Part shown: positions 17,732 through 27,844 of the stretch, in pieces
How the letters are laid out: the number at the start of each line of letters is the position of its first letter
Position numbering within the stretch: the stretch's first letter is position 1
Origin: Polyangiaceae bacterium
GTDB lineage: Bacteria > Myxococcota_A > Polyangia > Polyangiales > Polyangiaceae
Length of the DNA stretch: 64,000 nucleotides
Direction: 5' to 3'
Assembly (NCBI GenBank): GCA_965222375.1
Contig: CBDCTZ010000014.1
Location: 992,001-1,056,000, forward strand
The notes under the pieces: generated by a model
The model's input: the letters and a program-made list of their open reading frames with translations, nothing else
Told to the model about the DNA's origin: nothing
Databases searched by the model: none
Position numbers and translations under genes: made by a program

Positions 17732-19798
17732 ATGTTGGTGACTCTGCGGCGCCCCGCGAAAGAGCCCCCGGCTCGCACGCTGCGGGCGGCACGCCGGGTG
17801 GCGTTGGTGTGCATGCCCTTCGCGGACCCGCGGTATCCTTCCATTGGTCTTTCGCTGTTGGCCGAAGCCACCCGGGCGCGTGGGCACCACGTCGACACGT
17901 TCAACTTGCACCTGGAGACCGCAGCGCGTCTGGGGCTGGAACCCTACTATCGACTCGAGGGCGGTACGTCTTGGTACAACCTGACGGGCGAGTGGCTGTT
18001 CTCTCATCCAAGCATCACTCCCGGCGCGGCTTCGGAAGAGGAGATGCGGCAGCACCTTGGGCCTTTCACCGGTCACTTCGAAGTCGACATGGGCTACTTC
18101 GAGGGCACCCCTCAGGGCTCGGGTGGTGTGATGCTCCACGACGCCATGGGCCTGGGCCAAACGCGAGTCGAACTCGAGCGTCTCATAGACGAGTGGTGCG
18201 AGCGAATTGACTTTGGTCAATACGACATCGTCGGTTTCACCGTCGTGTTCCAACAGCTCAATGCTTCCCTGCGCTTGGCGCAGAGAATCAAGGAGCGCTA
18301 CCCACACGTGCGCACCGTGCTTGGAGGAGCTGCGCTGGAGCCCCCGATGGGCGACGCGATCGCCGAACGCTGGCAGTGGCTGGATGCGGTTTTCGCTGGC
18401 TTCTCGGACCGCACTTTCCCCGACTACGTGGACGCTCCCGACGGCTGTCCCAGAATCATCCGCCACGAGGGCAGCCCCATCGTGATGGATGAGCTGCCTG
18501 CGCCGAACTACGACGAGTTCTTCGATGCTGTCGACGCATCGGGGCTGAAGGGGCGGATGGAGATTCGCGTGCCCGTCGAGATGTCTCGGGGCTGCTGGTG
18601 GGGCGAGAAGAGCCACTGCACCTTCTGTGGCTTCAACGCCAATGACATGTGGTTCCGCCAGAAGTCCCCGGAGCGCGCCTACCAGGAGCTGAAGAGCCTG
18701 AGCCGCTACGGTGAGGCGGTCTACGTCGTGGACAACATCATTCCCGCCAACTACTTCGACGAGGTCTTTCCTCGCTTTCGCGACGAGGGTTTCAAGATCC
18801 CTGGAGGGTTCTTGTTCACGAAGTCGAACCTGCGGCGGGAGCAGCTGGACTTGTTGAGCGACGCGGGCTTCACGTGGATTCAGCCGGGAATCGAGAGTCT
18901 AACCACGGGGGTGTTGGACCACATGAAGAAAGGTGTGCGCGGCGTTCACAACGCGTGGTTGTTGCGTGCTTGCGAGGAAGTCGAAGTGTACCCGTCTTGG
19001 GCCATCCTCTACGGCTTTCCTGGCGAGCCCCTGGAGGACTACGAGCAGATGGCGGCGCTCCTGCCGAAACTCGCACACCTGCCCGCGCCAACGGGCGCGT
19101 ATCGCATTCTGATGGCGCGCTATAGCCCGATCTTCACGAACGCAGAAAAGCTGGGATTGGCTGAGGTTCGACCGGCGCGAGCCTACGAGCTCGCGTTTGG
19201 TGCGCACCCGACGCTGGAGCGACAGGCCTATACTTTCGATTACAGGATGCCCGCGGGCGAGAGCCCGGATGTGTATGCGGACAGCGTGGTTCAGCAGTCT
19301 GATCGTTGGAACGAGATGCGACTACTGCCCCTCGCGCCACGATGTGAGGTGTTCGAGGTGCTTGGTCGGCGGGTGCTGGTCGACTACCGGGATCTGGAGC
19401 GGGTTGGGCGCGCGCGTCCGCGCCTCGTCGTTCTGAGCGAAGAGCAGTGGCACGTATTGGAGCTTCTGGAGTCGCCTCTGCCGCGTCGACGCCTAAAGGA
19501 ACGCTGGCCCAACACATCGCCCCTTTGGCCCGTGCTCGAGGACTTGATTGCTCGAAGTGTCGTGCTCGAAGCGGACGGAAGATTGGTGCGAATCGCGGTG
19601 GTGCGCCGGCAACCACAGCTCGGACCAGAGCTCGTGCGCGTTCTGAAGGACAAGGCGAGGCAGGTGATGTTTCACGGAGCGCTGAATCACGCGCGGCGTC
19701 GGGCCATGTGGGACGAACTCGTGACTTCCGCTGGCGCGCTTTTGGGTAGAGATGGCCGCCGCGAGCGCCACCGGAATGCACCGACCCCGATGATCTGA
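17732..19798 (+). CDS. Cobalamin-binding radical SAM, RiPP-maturation C-methyltransferase type (TIGR03975/PoyC-like)
   Basis: VCMPFA...PSIGLSLL, VGFT.VFQQ..ASL, EMSRGCWWGEKSHCTFCG (CX7CX2C), VDNI, KSNL, IQPGIESL, W.ILYGFPGE, RYSP. Confidence 0.9.
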   Translation: MLVTLRRPAKEPPARTLRAARRVALVCMPFADPRYPSIGLSLLAEATRARGHHVDTFNLHLETAARLGLEPYYRLEGGTSWYNLTGEWLFSHPSITPGAASEEEMRQHLGPFTGHFEVDMGYFEGTPQGSGGVMLHDAMGLGQTRVELERLIDEWCERIDFGQYDIVGFTVVFQQLNASLRLAQRIKERYPHVRTVLGGAALEPPMGDAIAERWQWLDAVFAGFSDRTFPDYVDAPDGCPRIIRHEGSPIVMDELPAPNYDEFFDAVDASGLKGRMEIRVPVEMSRGCWWGEKSHCTFCGFNANDMWFRQKSPERAYQELKSLSRYGEAVYVVDNIIPANYFDEVFPRFRDEGFKIPGGFLFTKSNLRREQLDLLSDAGFTWIQPGIESLTTGVLDHMKKGVRGVHNAWLLRACEEVEVYPSWAILYGFPGEPLEDYEQMAALLPKLAHLPAPTGAYRILMARYSPIFTNAEKLGLAEVRPARAYELAFGAHPTLERQAYTFDYRMPAGESPDVYADSVVQQSDRWNEMRLLPLAPRCEVFEVLGRRVLVDYRDLERVGRARPRLVVLSEEQWHVLELLESPLPRRRLKERWPNTSPLWPVLEDLIARSVVLEADGRLVRIAVVRRQPQLGPELVRVLKDKARQVMFHGALNHARRRAMWDELVTSAGALLGRDGRRERHRNAPTPMI

Positions 19799-19807
19799 CG
19801 AGCCCCG

Positions 19808-20932
19808 ATGCGATTGCCCCCGCCATCGAATCTGGTTCGCGATGTCGCCCTAGCGCTGCGTTGGCCGGCCTATCACGCGTTCCAGCGCGTGGGGGCACCG
19901 CTTCTGCCCCCGGTGGCAATGAGCTTCGTCGTGACAGATCGATGCAACTCTCGCTGCAAGACCTGCAACATTGGCGCCCGCTACCTGGACAACCCGCTCG
20001 TCGCAGCCGGGGAGCTAGACTTGGAGGACTATCGCCGGCTCTGCGCTTCGCTTCCCGGGTTGCAGTGGCTCACCTTCAGCGGTGGCGAGCCGTTCATACG
20101 TACGGATTTCGAAGCCGTTGTGCTTTCTCTGGTGCGCGCATCCAAACCGCGAATCGTGACCATTCCGACCAATGCGACACTGGTTGATCGCACTACCGAA
20201 GGAGTGCGGCGCATCCTCAGTGGGCTGGGGCCGACACGCTTGGTCCTGAACTTGTCGTGCGACGGAGTCGGGGCGGTTCACGACGACGTGCGAGGCTTCG
20301 CCGGCAACTTCGAAAAGCTGCTCCATGTGCATCGCGAGCTGGCCGACTTGAAGGATGAGCGCCTGATCATAGGCGTCAACAGCGTGCTTTCTAGATACAA
20401 CGTGACGGAGCACGAGGAGCTCTTCGACTTCGTATTCGACGTCCTGCGACCGGATTCGTATGTGGTGGAGGTGGCTCAGCAGCGCCCCGAGTATTACAAC
20501 GAGGGCCAAGACCTCCGCGGCGAAGCGGAAGCACTAGCTGCCGCGCTCGAAAGCTTCGCGAGCCGTGCCCCCGCGCTGGGTCGCGAAGGGGTGCCACGCA
20601 TGGTGCGGGCATTCCGCAAGCACTACTATGCGACCGCACAGCGGGCGCTCAAGAAGCCCGTGCCCCACCGATGCTATGCAGGCTTTGCCACATGTTCGGT
20701 CATGCCTCGAGGCGACGTTTGGTCCAATACCCAGCGTGCGGAGAATATGGGCAACCTACGGGACTTTGGTTGGGACTTCCGGGCACTGTGGCATGGCCCA
20801 AAGGCCAAGCGCGTGCGTCGTGAGGTGAGCCGGAAGCCGTGCGACTGCGAGCTCTCCAACACCGCCTACATCAATTCAGTTTTTTCCTGGTCGTCCCTCT
20901 CGAAGGTGGCGCTCTCCTACGCCGTCGGCTGA
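19808..20932 (+). CDS. Radical SAM protein with a twitch/SPASM-like C-terminus
   Basis: VTDRCNSRCKTC, FSGGEPF, IPTN, LSCDG..HDDVRG, C-terminal CYAG...C...GNL...CDC. Confidence 0.9.
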   Translation: MRLPPPSNLVRDVALALRWPAYHAFQRVGAPLLPPVAMSFVVTDRCNSRCKTCNIGARYLDNPLVAAGELDLEDYRRLCASLPGLQWLTFSGGEPFIRTDFEAVVLSLVRASKPRIVTIPTNATLVDRTTEGVRRILSGLGPTRLVLNLSCDGVGAVHDDVRGFAGNFEKLLHVHRELADLKDERLIIGVNSVLSRYNVTEHEELFDFVFDVLRPDSYVVEVAQQRPEYYNEGQDLRGEAEALAAALESFASRAPALGREGVPRMVRAFRKHYYATAQRALKKPVPHRCYAGFATCSVMPRGDVWSNTQRAENMGNLRDFGWDFRALWHGPKAKRVRREVSRKPCDCELSNTAYINSVFSWSSLSKVALSYAVG

Positions 20933-21018
20933 ACTGCAACTGCACCGGTTTTCCTAGGCGCTTACGGCGCGAGGCAACTGATGGGTGCAGAGCCTGTCGA
21001 AGCCCACTAGTCTGGCCG

Positions 21019-21726
21019 ATGATGAAGGGCGTCATTCTGGCCGGCGGACTCGGGACTCGGCTCGCCCCCCTCAGCAGGGGGGTGAACAAGCATCTCTTGC
21101 CCGTGGGGGATGTGCCCATGATCCATCATCCCCTGATGCGGCTGAGTGAGGCGGGGCTGACTGACATCTTCGTCGTGTCTAGTGCTGCGGGTGTCAGCGC
21201 CATCTCGGCGGCCCTCGGCAGTGGTCGACAGTTTGGCGTTCAGCTCTGCTATTGCGTTCAGGACGAGCCGCGGGGCATTGCAGACGCATTACGGCAGGCT
21301 GTTAGGGCCGCGGGGCGCGAAGCGTTGTGTGTGATCTTGGGTGACAATGTCTTCGACGCGTCTCTGAGGGAACCCTTGGACCAGCACGCAGCGCAAGGTG
21401 GAGCCCTCGTACTCCTGCGCAAGGTCCCGGACCCGGAGCGGTACGGCGTGGCGCGCTTGGACGGAGAACGGGTGACGGAGATCGTCGAAAAGCCCACCGA
21501 GCACATCGGCGACCTCGCCGTCACTGGCATCTACATCTACGATCGAGCCCTCGCTGCTCACTTGGAGGGGCTCAAGCCTTCCGCCCGCGGTGAATTGGAG
21601 ATCACGGATGTGAATAACGCCTATATTGCCGCGGGTGCGTTGGGTTGGCGTGAACTCGGCGGGCGTTGGATAGACGCCGGCACGTTGAGCGCCTATCGCG
21701 AAGCAAACACCTTGTTCGCGTCATGA
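21019..21726 (+). CDS. rmlA: Glucose-1-phosphate thymidylyltransferase (short form)
   Basis: KGVILAGGLGTRL.P, NKHLLPV, ILGDN, EIVEKP, PSARGELEITD, WIDAGT. Confidence 0.9.
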   Translation: MMKGVILAGGLGTRLAPLSRGVNKHLLPVGDVPMIHHPLMRLSEAGLTDIFVVSSAAGVSAISAALGSGRQFGVQLCYCVQDEPRGIADALRQAVRAAGREALCVILGDNVFDASLREPLDQHAAQGGALVLLRKVPDPERYGVARLDGERVTEIVEKPTEHIGDLAVTGIYIYDRALAAHLEGLKPSARGELEITDVNNAYIAAGALGWRELGGRWIDAGTLSAYREANTLFAS

Positions 21727-22697
21727 CGGCGGCGTTCGTCACCGGTGGTGCCGGTTTCATCGGCAAGCAATTGCTGAGAGATCTCGTTGCCGGTGGCCAT
21801 GCCGTCACCGCCTTGGAACATCGCAGCCGCATTGATGTCCCTGGTGTGACCCAGGTCTCGGGCAGCCTGGAGTCGACCGCAGAACTGGGCGACGTACTCG
21901 AATCTGCGCAGATCGTGTTTCATTCGGCGGCGCTGCTCGAACCCGTCGACGATGCTCACGCCGCGGATGCGATCAATCACCGGGCTACTGTAGCCCTTGC
22001 GGAGGCCGCCGCCGCCGCTGGGGTCAAGAGCTTCGTTTTTCTGAGCAGCATCTCTGCCATCGGGTTCTACGCCAACGCCGGTCTCATGGACGAGAGCTTT
22101 CCGTGCGCTCCTACGACCAACTATGGTCGTAGCAAGCGGGACGCAGAACTCGCGCTCCTCTCCGCCAACTACGACCCAATGCGGCTCGTGATTGTCCGGC
22201 CTCCCACCGTTTATGGACCCGAGGAACGCCGGAACTTCTTGGCTCTCACCCGCGCGGTCGCGAGCAGGCGGGTGTTCATTCCTGGCAGCGGCAAGAACCG
22301 CATGAGCTTCTGCCACGTCGAGAATCTGACTCGAGCTGTGATTGCACTCGGCCTGCTCGATAAGGCTCGAGGCATCGTGCACGTTGCGGATGCGTCGCCG
22401 GTTACCTTCCTCGCGGCGATCGAGACCCTTCGTACCGCACTGGGAAAAGGCGGCGTCTTGCCGCGGCTGCCGATGGCTGCAGCTCAGGCGCTTGCTCGGA
22501 CCGTGGCAGGCCTTTGGGGGGCAGCAGGCCGCCTGCCGCCGCTATCCCCGCGTAGGCTTCGGACTTTGACCGCAGACTGCGCGCTGGATACCGGGAAGTG
22601 TGCGGCTTTGGGAATCCACCCCCATGTCGATTTCGCGTCCGGAGTTGCTCAAACTGTGTCCGCCTATCGGGCGTCAGGCCTGCTCGGAGGCGCATGA
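21723..22697 (+). CDS. NAD-dependent epimerase/dehydratase
   Basis: VTGGAGFIG, FLSS, YGRSK (YxxxK), RPPTVYGP; ATGA coupling. Confidence 0.9.
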   Translation: MTAAFVTGGAGFIGKQLLRDLVAGGHAVTALEHRSRIDVPGVTQVSGSLESTAELGDVLESAQIVFHSAALLEPVDDAHAADAINHRATVALAEAAAAAGVKSFVFLSSISAIGFYANAGLMDESFPCAPTTNYGRSKRDAELALLSANYDPMRLVIVRPPTVYGPEERRNFLALTRAVASRRVFIPGSGKNRMSFCHVENLTRAVIALGLLDKARGIVHVADASPVTFLAAIETLRTALGKGGVLPRLPMAAAQALARTVAGLWGAAGRLPPLSPRRLRTLTADCALDTGKCAALGIHPHVDFASGVAQTVSAYRASGLLGGA

Positions 22698-24487
22698 AGC
22701 GTCGCGCGAAGAAGCCACGTCCGTCGAAGGCTGGTTCGAAAAAGGCAGCTCCAACCACCCGAATTGAATGGGTGTCGCCGCGAATGCTCGTGGTCGTGTT
22801 CCTGGCAGCCGTCGTCCCTTACCTTCGTACCTGGAGCTTCGAGTACACCTACGATGACCACAGCCATGTGGTGAGGAATCCGTTTCTGCAAGATCCGTCC
22901 AACGCTTGGGCGCTCTTGTCTCGCTACTTCCAATTGGAGGTGCCAGATCAGAATCGCCCCGTGCTGCTTTTGTCCCACTTCTTGGACCGCGCTCTTGGCG
23001 GGGGCGCGGCGGGCGTGCCCCACCTTCAGAGCGCACTTTGGCATGGCATCGCGTCGGTGTTGGTGTCGCGCCTGGGGCGGGAGCTCGGACTACGCGCACA
23101 CGTAGCCTTCGCGGCGGGCTTGCTGTTCGCGCTACACCCAGCTCTAGCGGAGGCCGTGGCAGGTATAAGCAACCGGGAAGACGTGTTGGCGACGGTCTTT
23201 GCCTTGGCGGCACTCCTGCTCGCCAAGCGCGCGCTGCCCGGTCGTCTCGGCGCTGCCGCCGCTGCGGTGCTCTGTTTCGCACTCGCCGTCTTTTCGAAGG
23301 AAGTGGCGGTGGTGCTTCCGTTGTTGTTCGTGTTTGCGCTTGTGTGGCTTCGTCCCTGGGGTTCGGAGGCGACTCGCCGGTCGGTCGTCGCGCTAGGTGT
23401 TGGCGCTTCTATCGTGCTGGGCGGCTGGCTGACCGTACAGCTGCGCCTGGGAACACCCGGGCTGAAGCGGGACGCGGGAGCAGCCCCGCTACAGCAAGCG
23501 TTTCACTCCAGCACGGTCCAAGCACCGCTGTCCGCCGTCACGAGCCCTCTGGCGGTGTCGGCCTTCGCATACACAGTTGCCGAAACGCCCGCGGCACAAG
23601 GGCGAGACGTGCACGTCCGTCTCGGGCTGCACCACGCGCTGCCTCTCGAGGCATTTCGATTGGTCCAGCTCACGGTTGGCTATCCGACGTCGAGCGAGTA
23701 CGACCTAGCTGTTTTCAAGCGCCCGCTGGCCTGGGCAGTGAGTTTGCTCGTGCTTTTCGGCGTGGCCGCCGGGGGCCTTCGTGTGCGAAGGTCCGCGCCA
23801 GTCGCTTTTGTCAGCCTTCTCTTCGCGTGCGTTGCAACCGTGCCCGTCCTGGCCCCGCCGCTCTTGATCAATCCCCTCGCGGATCGCTTCCTGTACCTCC
23901 CGGCCGTGGGTGGGTGTTGGGTGCTATCCTGGTGTCTGCTGGACGGGATCCCTGCCTGGGCCGGCAAGGACGTGCGGGACGTCGGACTGCCTCTGCTCCT
24001 GCTTTGGCTCGGGGGCTTCTTTGCCCTCGGCATCTCGTCGATTGGGCGTTGGAAAAACGACGTTGCGCTCTTCTCGCACGCAGCCAAGTGGGCGCCGAAG
24101 TCCGCTCGAGTGCATCAGAACCTGGGCGCTGCACTGCTCGAGCGCAAGCAAATCGTCGCTGCGGAAGCTGCGTTGCTTCGGGCAGTGCGCCTGGACCCGT
24201 CTCTCATCGCAGCCCACTACAATCTGGGCCGGCTTTCGGAGCGGGCGAACCGACGCCGAGCCGCGATCGAGCACTATCAGGCCGGGCTTGGCCAACGTTC
24301 GGTTCGGGGGGAGCTGCCGCTGCGGGAGAGGACGCTGATGCGCCTAGGGCGTCTGCTCTTGCGGGCGAGGCGCTATGACACTTTGGAGCGAGCGCTGCAC
24401 GCCGAGCGTGCCGCCCACCCGGACAACGGTGCCATTGCCGAACTCGCGGCGCGGCTCGAAGCTGCCCGCTCCAGCGCGAAGAGGTGA
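22694..24487 (+). CDS. TMTC-like GT-C membrane glycosyltransferase with C-terminal TPRs
   Basis: YTYDD..VV.NP, NRP, LFALHP..AEAV..ISNR.D.L, SKE, ADRFLYLP, then TPRs (HQNLG, AHYNLG). Confidence 0.8.
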   Translation: MKRRAKKPRPSKAGSKKAAPTTRIEWVSPRMLVVVFLAAVVPYLRTWSFEYTYDDHSHVVRNPFLQDPSNAWALLSRYFQLEVPDQNRPVLLLSHFLDRALGGGAAGVPHLQSALWHGIASVLVSRLGRELGLRAHVAFAAGLLFALHPALAEAVAGISNREDVLATVFALAALLLAKRALPGRLGAAAAAVLCFALAVFSKEVAVVLPLLFVFALVWLRPWGSEATRRSVVALGVGASIVLGGWLTVQLRLGTPGLKRDAGAAPLQQAFHSSTVQAPLSAVTSPLAVSAFAYTVAETPAAQGRDVHVRLGLHHALPLEAFRLVQLTVGYPTSSEYDLAVFKRPLAWAVSLLVLFGVAAGGLRVRRSAPVAFVSLLFACVATVPVLAPPLLINPLADRFLYLPAVGGCWVLSWCLLDGIPAWAGKDVRDVGLPLLLLWLGGFFALGISSIGRWKNDVALFSHAAKWAPKSARVHQNLGAALLERKQIVAAEAALLRAVRLDPSLIAAHYNLGRLSERANRRRAAIEHYQAGLGQRSVRGELPLRERTLMRLGRLLLRARRYDTLERALHAERAAHPDNGAIAELAARLEAARSSAKR

Positions 24488-25947
24488 CGGTGAGCAGCGT
24501 CACAATCATCGCCCTGTGGCTGTTCGAAGCCATGCGTTTGGCTCTGCGGGCGATGTTGGTCGTGCTCAGCTCGCACTTCCTCCGGGCGGCATGGACCAGC
24601 TTTCGAGCCAAGGACCCAGTTGCGCCGCCGCAGCCGACGGAGTGGCCAACGGTCACGGTGCAGCTCCCGGTTCGCAACGAGTACTACGTGGTTGAACGAG
24701 TCGTTCGTGCTGCGGCCGAGCTGTCCTACCCCCGGGACAAACTGCAGATCCAGGTACTGGATGATTCCACGGACGAGACCCGCCAGCGGGCCGCGGAGTT
24801 GTGCGCGGCGCTCAAGGATGCCGGCCAGGACGTCGAGCATATGCACCGGACGAGTCCCACCGGCTACAAGGCAGGTGCGTTGAACGCCGCTCTCCCTAGC
24901 GCAACCGGCGAGTTCATCGCGATGTTCGATTCAGACTGCGTGCCATCCAAGGATTTCCTCGAGCAGACCATTCCTTGGTTTTCGGATCCCAAGGTCGCTT
25001 GCGTTCAGGTGCGCTGGTCCTTCTTGAATCGCAACCGCTCGGTGCTGACGAGAGTTCAGGCCCTGGTCCTCGACGGACTGTTTGCCGTGGATCAATTCAG
25101 CCGCGCGGCCCAAAGGCTTCCCCTCCAGTTCAATGGAACGAACGGGATCTGGCGGCGCTCCGTGGTGCGAGAGGTGGGCCATTGGAGCCCTGAGATATTG
25201 GCTGAGGACGCTGACTTATCGTTCCGTGCCTACCTCGCGGGCTATCGAGTGGAGCACCTTCGGGATTACGCCGTGCCGACCGAGGTTCCAACGGACATGG
25301 CGGCGTTTCGAGCTCAACAACGTCGTTGGGCCTTGGGCAGCGCACAAATGCTGCGTACGCTGTCGATGCCCATACTGCGCTCCGACTTGCCGCTGCGCGC
25401 CAAGCTGATGATGTTCATGCATTTGGGGCGCCACTCGATCGACCCTCTGATTCTTCTTGCCTGTCTAACAACACCCTTCACGACCCTTTATGGGATGCCG
25501 TTTTTGGTCGACTACGGCGTGCCCGCGAACGTCGGTATCATCGCTTTGGTGGCGGGCTCCGCCTTGGTGTTCTACGCCCGCGCCTTGGCCCAGGTGAAAG
25601 CAAGCCGAGGGGACATCGTGCTGGTCCCGCTGGTCATCCTGCTCGCGATCGGCCTTTCCATCGTGTACACAGCGGCGGTGTTTCGCGGCCTGTTGGGGCG
25701 CGGCGGAGCTTTCGTGCGAACCCCAAAATCCGGCGGAGCGCCGGTTCGCCGCAAGGGGCCGGTGTACCACGCGCCGGTCGACGCCATCGCCGTCGTGGAA
25801 GTGCTCATGTCAGGTGCGCATGGGTACTGTTCGGTGCTGGCGTTCCAAGCCGGTTTCGTGCCCTACGCCTTCTTCTTTGCGGCCGTGTCGGTCGCGTTTG
25901 GCTGGGTCGGTTTGACATCCCTCTCGGCCAGGCTACGAAACGGCTAG
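24484..25947 (+). CDS. Processive GT2, cellulose-synthase-like
   Basis: QVLDDSTD, YKAGALN, FDSD, AEDADL, QQRRW (D,D,D,QxxRW), FVRTPK, C-terminal TM helices. Confidence 0.9.
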   Translation: MTVSSVTIIALWLFEAMRLALRAMLVVLSSHFLRAAWTSFRAKDPVAPPQPTEWPTVTVQLPVRNEYYVVERVVRAAAELSYPRDKLQIQVLDDSTDETRQRAAELCAALKDAGQDVEHMHRTSPTGYKAGALNAALPSATGEFIAMFDSDCVPSKDFLEQTIPWFSDPKVACVQVRWSFLNRNRSVLTRVQALVLDGLFAVDQFSRAAQRLPLQFNGTNGIWRRSVVREVGHWSPEILAEDADLSFRAYLAGYRVEHLRDYAVPTEVPTDMAAFRAQQRRWALGSAQMLRTLSMPILRSDLPLRAKLMMFMHLGRHSIDPLILLACLTTPFTTLYGMPFLVDYGVPANVGIIALVAGSALVFYARALAQVKASRGDIVLVPLVILLAIGLSIVYTAAVFRGLLGRGGAFVRTPKSGGAPVRRKGPVYHAPVDAIAVVEVLMSGAHGYCSVLAFQAGFVPYAFFFAAVSVAFGWVGLTSLSARLRNG

Positions 25948-26960
25948 TCCGGAACGTGCGCGCGCCAGCGCACTTGCCACTTTCGTTCGAAGCGGAATCG
26001 GTTCACTTCGAAGCGTGCGACGTATTCCAGAGCTGAGAGTTTGCGGAACGAGCTGCCGGCGTTGTGGTGCACGAAAGTGTTCTCACACAAGAGGATCGAG
26101 TAGCCACGCTTGCGCAGCGCCATGCAGAGATCGTCATCATCGAACAGTCCGCGGTCGTAGCGTTCATCCAAGCCGCCAACGCTTTCGAACACTTTGCGAT
26201 CCAGCAAGGCACAGAACAGAGAGAGCTTCTTGACCCGGCGCACGCCTCGGCCCGCCAGACTTGCTACAACCAGCTCTAGCTCACCCACGCTCTGGTAGTT
26301 CGCGGCAAAGCTGGCAACGTCTCCGGTGTCACTGCCCAGCGGACCGACTAGCCCTGCGTCAGCTTCAGCCTCCAAGGCAGCGAACATGCCATGCACCCAT
26401 CCTCGAGTTACGACCACGTCACTGTTCAATACTAGAAGCAGCTCGCCCTTTGACAGCGCCGCAGCACGATTGACGGTTCTCGGGAAACCGAGATTGTTGT
26501 TATTGCGGTGCAGGGAAATGGGGTGATTCTGTGCAAACAGAGACAAGCGCTCGAATGTGTCGTCCGGTGACGCGTCGTCGATGACCAGGACTTCCGTGCC
26601 TGCGGGTGTGTGGGCCAAAACGGAGCGCAAGCAGCGCAAGGTCAAATCAGCGTTGCCGAAGGCCGGCACGAGCACACTCAGGCTGCGTGGCAGAGCTTCA
26701 CAGGCGGTATGTGGAAACTCACTTTCCACCGGAATATCCGCGTCGAAACTGAAGGGCGACAACCTGAGTGGGGACAGGGCGCGCCGCAGGGGCCTGACAA
26801 GAGCGCGGGGCAAAGCTCGTTTGACACCGCTGAGGGCGTTGCTGCTCGGCCGCAGCCGCCTCTGCAACGCTGCTAGTGTGACGATCCGCAGTCGCCTGGC
26901 TGCGGACAGCTGACGAAATCCCTCCGGCGGGCGAGCTTCAGCGTCTTTGGTGGATGGCAT
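25944..26960 (-). CDS. Glycosyltransferase family 2
   Basis: VIDDASPD, NLGF, LLVLNSDV, VGGLDERY, DDDDLC, FVHH. Confidence 0.9.
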   Translation of the reverse strand: MPSTKDAEARPPEGFRQLSAARRLRIVTLAALQRRLRPSSNALSGVKRALPRALVRPLRRALSPLRLSPFSFDADIPVESEFPHTACEALPRSLSVLVPAFGNADLTLRCLRSVLAHTPAGTEVLVIDDASPDDTFERLSLFAQNHPISLHRNNNNLGFPRTVNRAAALSKGELLLVLNSDVVVTRGWVHGMFAALEAEADAGLVGPLGSDTGDVASFAANYQSVGELELVVASLAGRGVRRVKKLSLFCALLDRKVFESVGGLDERYDRGLFDDDDLCMALRKRGYSILLCENTFVHHNAGSSFRKLSALEYVARFEVNRFRFERKWQVRWRAHVPD

Positions 26961-27672
26961 GCCACCGGTTGCTGTTCAAGGAGGTGTCGATAGGTAGAGG
27001 ATCGACGGACTCTAGGTCTGCCATCGTCATCGGCTGAACGTTCGCGCCAAGGCTGCGCGCGAACTCGAGGTAACTCTGACGGGGCCCCCCGATGTGGAGC
27101 ACGCCTCGGGCTTCTGACAAGGCCGCGGCCGCCAGCTGTGAGGCGGCTTTAGCCACGGGTAGTTTGGATGTGAATCGATCTGTGAACGCCTTGGGATAGG
27201 GCCAGGTCTCGTTGAAGGAGAGCCGAACAGAAAGCGAATCTGGATGCTGGAGAGCAAGTTGCTCCCCGGCAAACTTGGTCAGAGGATAGTAGCCGAGTGG
27301 GCAGGGCGTGTCCTGTTCTGTGTACATTCCACCCGGCTTGCTGCCATCGAAGACGAAGTCCGTAGAGACGTAGACCAGTCGCGCGCCGGCCGCCTCGGCT
27401 GCTCGGGCCAGAGTGCCCGTGCCGAAGATGTTCACGCGACTCATGGCGCGCCTATCCTCGGCCGAGTCGGTGCCCCGGCTGCGAATACGCGCCGCGCAGT
27501 GGATCACAAGCGCGGGGCGCAGTGTCGCCACTTGGTCCAGCACCCCTTGGGGCCGCCGCAGATCCAGCTCGCTGGAACTCGGGCTGACCAAGCTGTGCTC
27601 CGCCAACGCCTCCGCGGCCAGCACATGCCGGCCAAGGGTGCCACTACCACCAGTTACCAGGATCCGCGCCAC
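26938..27672 (-). CDS. rmlD: dTDP-4-dehydrorhamnose reductase-like SDR
   Basis: ILVTGGSGTLG, ELDL, IHCAA, YVSTDFVFDG, YPLTK.AGE. Confidence 0.8.
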   Translation of the reverse strand: MARILVTGGSGTLGRHVLAAEALAEHSLVSPSSSELDLRRPQGVLDQVATLRPALVIHCAARIRSRGTDSAEDRRAMSRVNIFGTGTLARAAEAAGARLVYVSTDFVFDGSKPGGMYTEQDTPCPLGYYPLTKFAGEQLALQHPDSLSVRLSFNETWPYPKAFTDRFTSKLPVAKAASQLAAAALSEARGVLHIGGPRQSYLEFARSLGANVQPMTMADLESVDPLPIDTSLNSNRWHAIHQRR

Positions 27673-27844
27673 GGTTGGCGCAGCTTACACCGAAGCTGAC
27701 ACGCTCTGGCGTCGGACCGGACCTGTTGTGTCGGGGTCGAACCGGGCCTCGAGCGCCCGGCAAGAGTCCAATTTGCTCCGACCCGCCGGATTTCCGCACA
27801 AGACTCTGGAGTCTCGGGCCGACAACCGGCATATCACGGGTTCG

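Noticed and set aside
16545..21019. RiPP precursor peptide near the radical SAM genes
   Set aside because: Intergenic gaps are under ~90 nt, and the short ORFs listed are shadows of the real genes.
22906..24378. Long alternative ORFs (also 17672-18616, 32992-34119, 7878-8774, 59985-60950)
   Set aside because: Off-frame or antisense shadows of well-supported genes, with no motifs. Such ORFs are expected at high GC.
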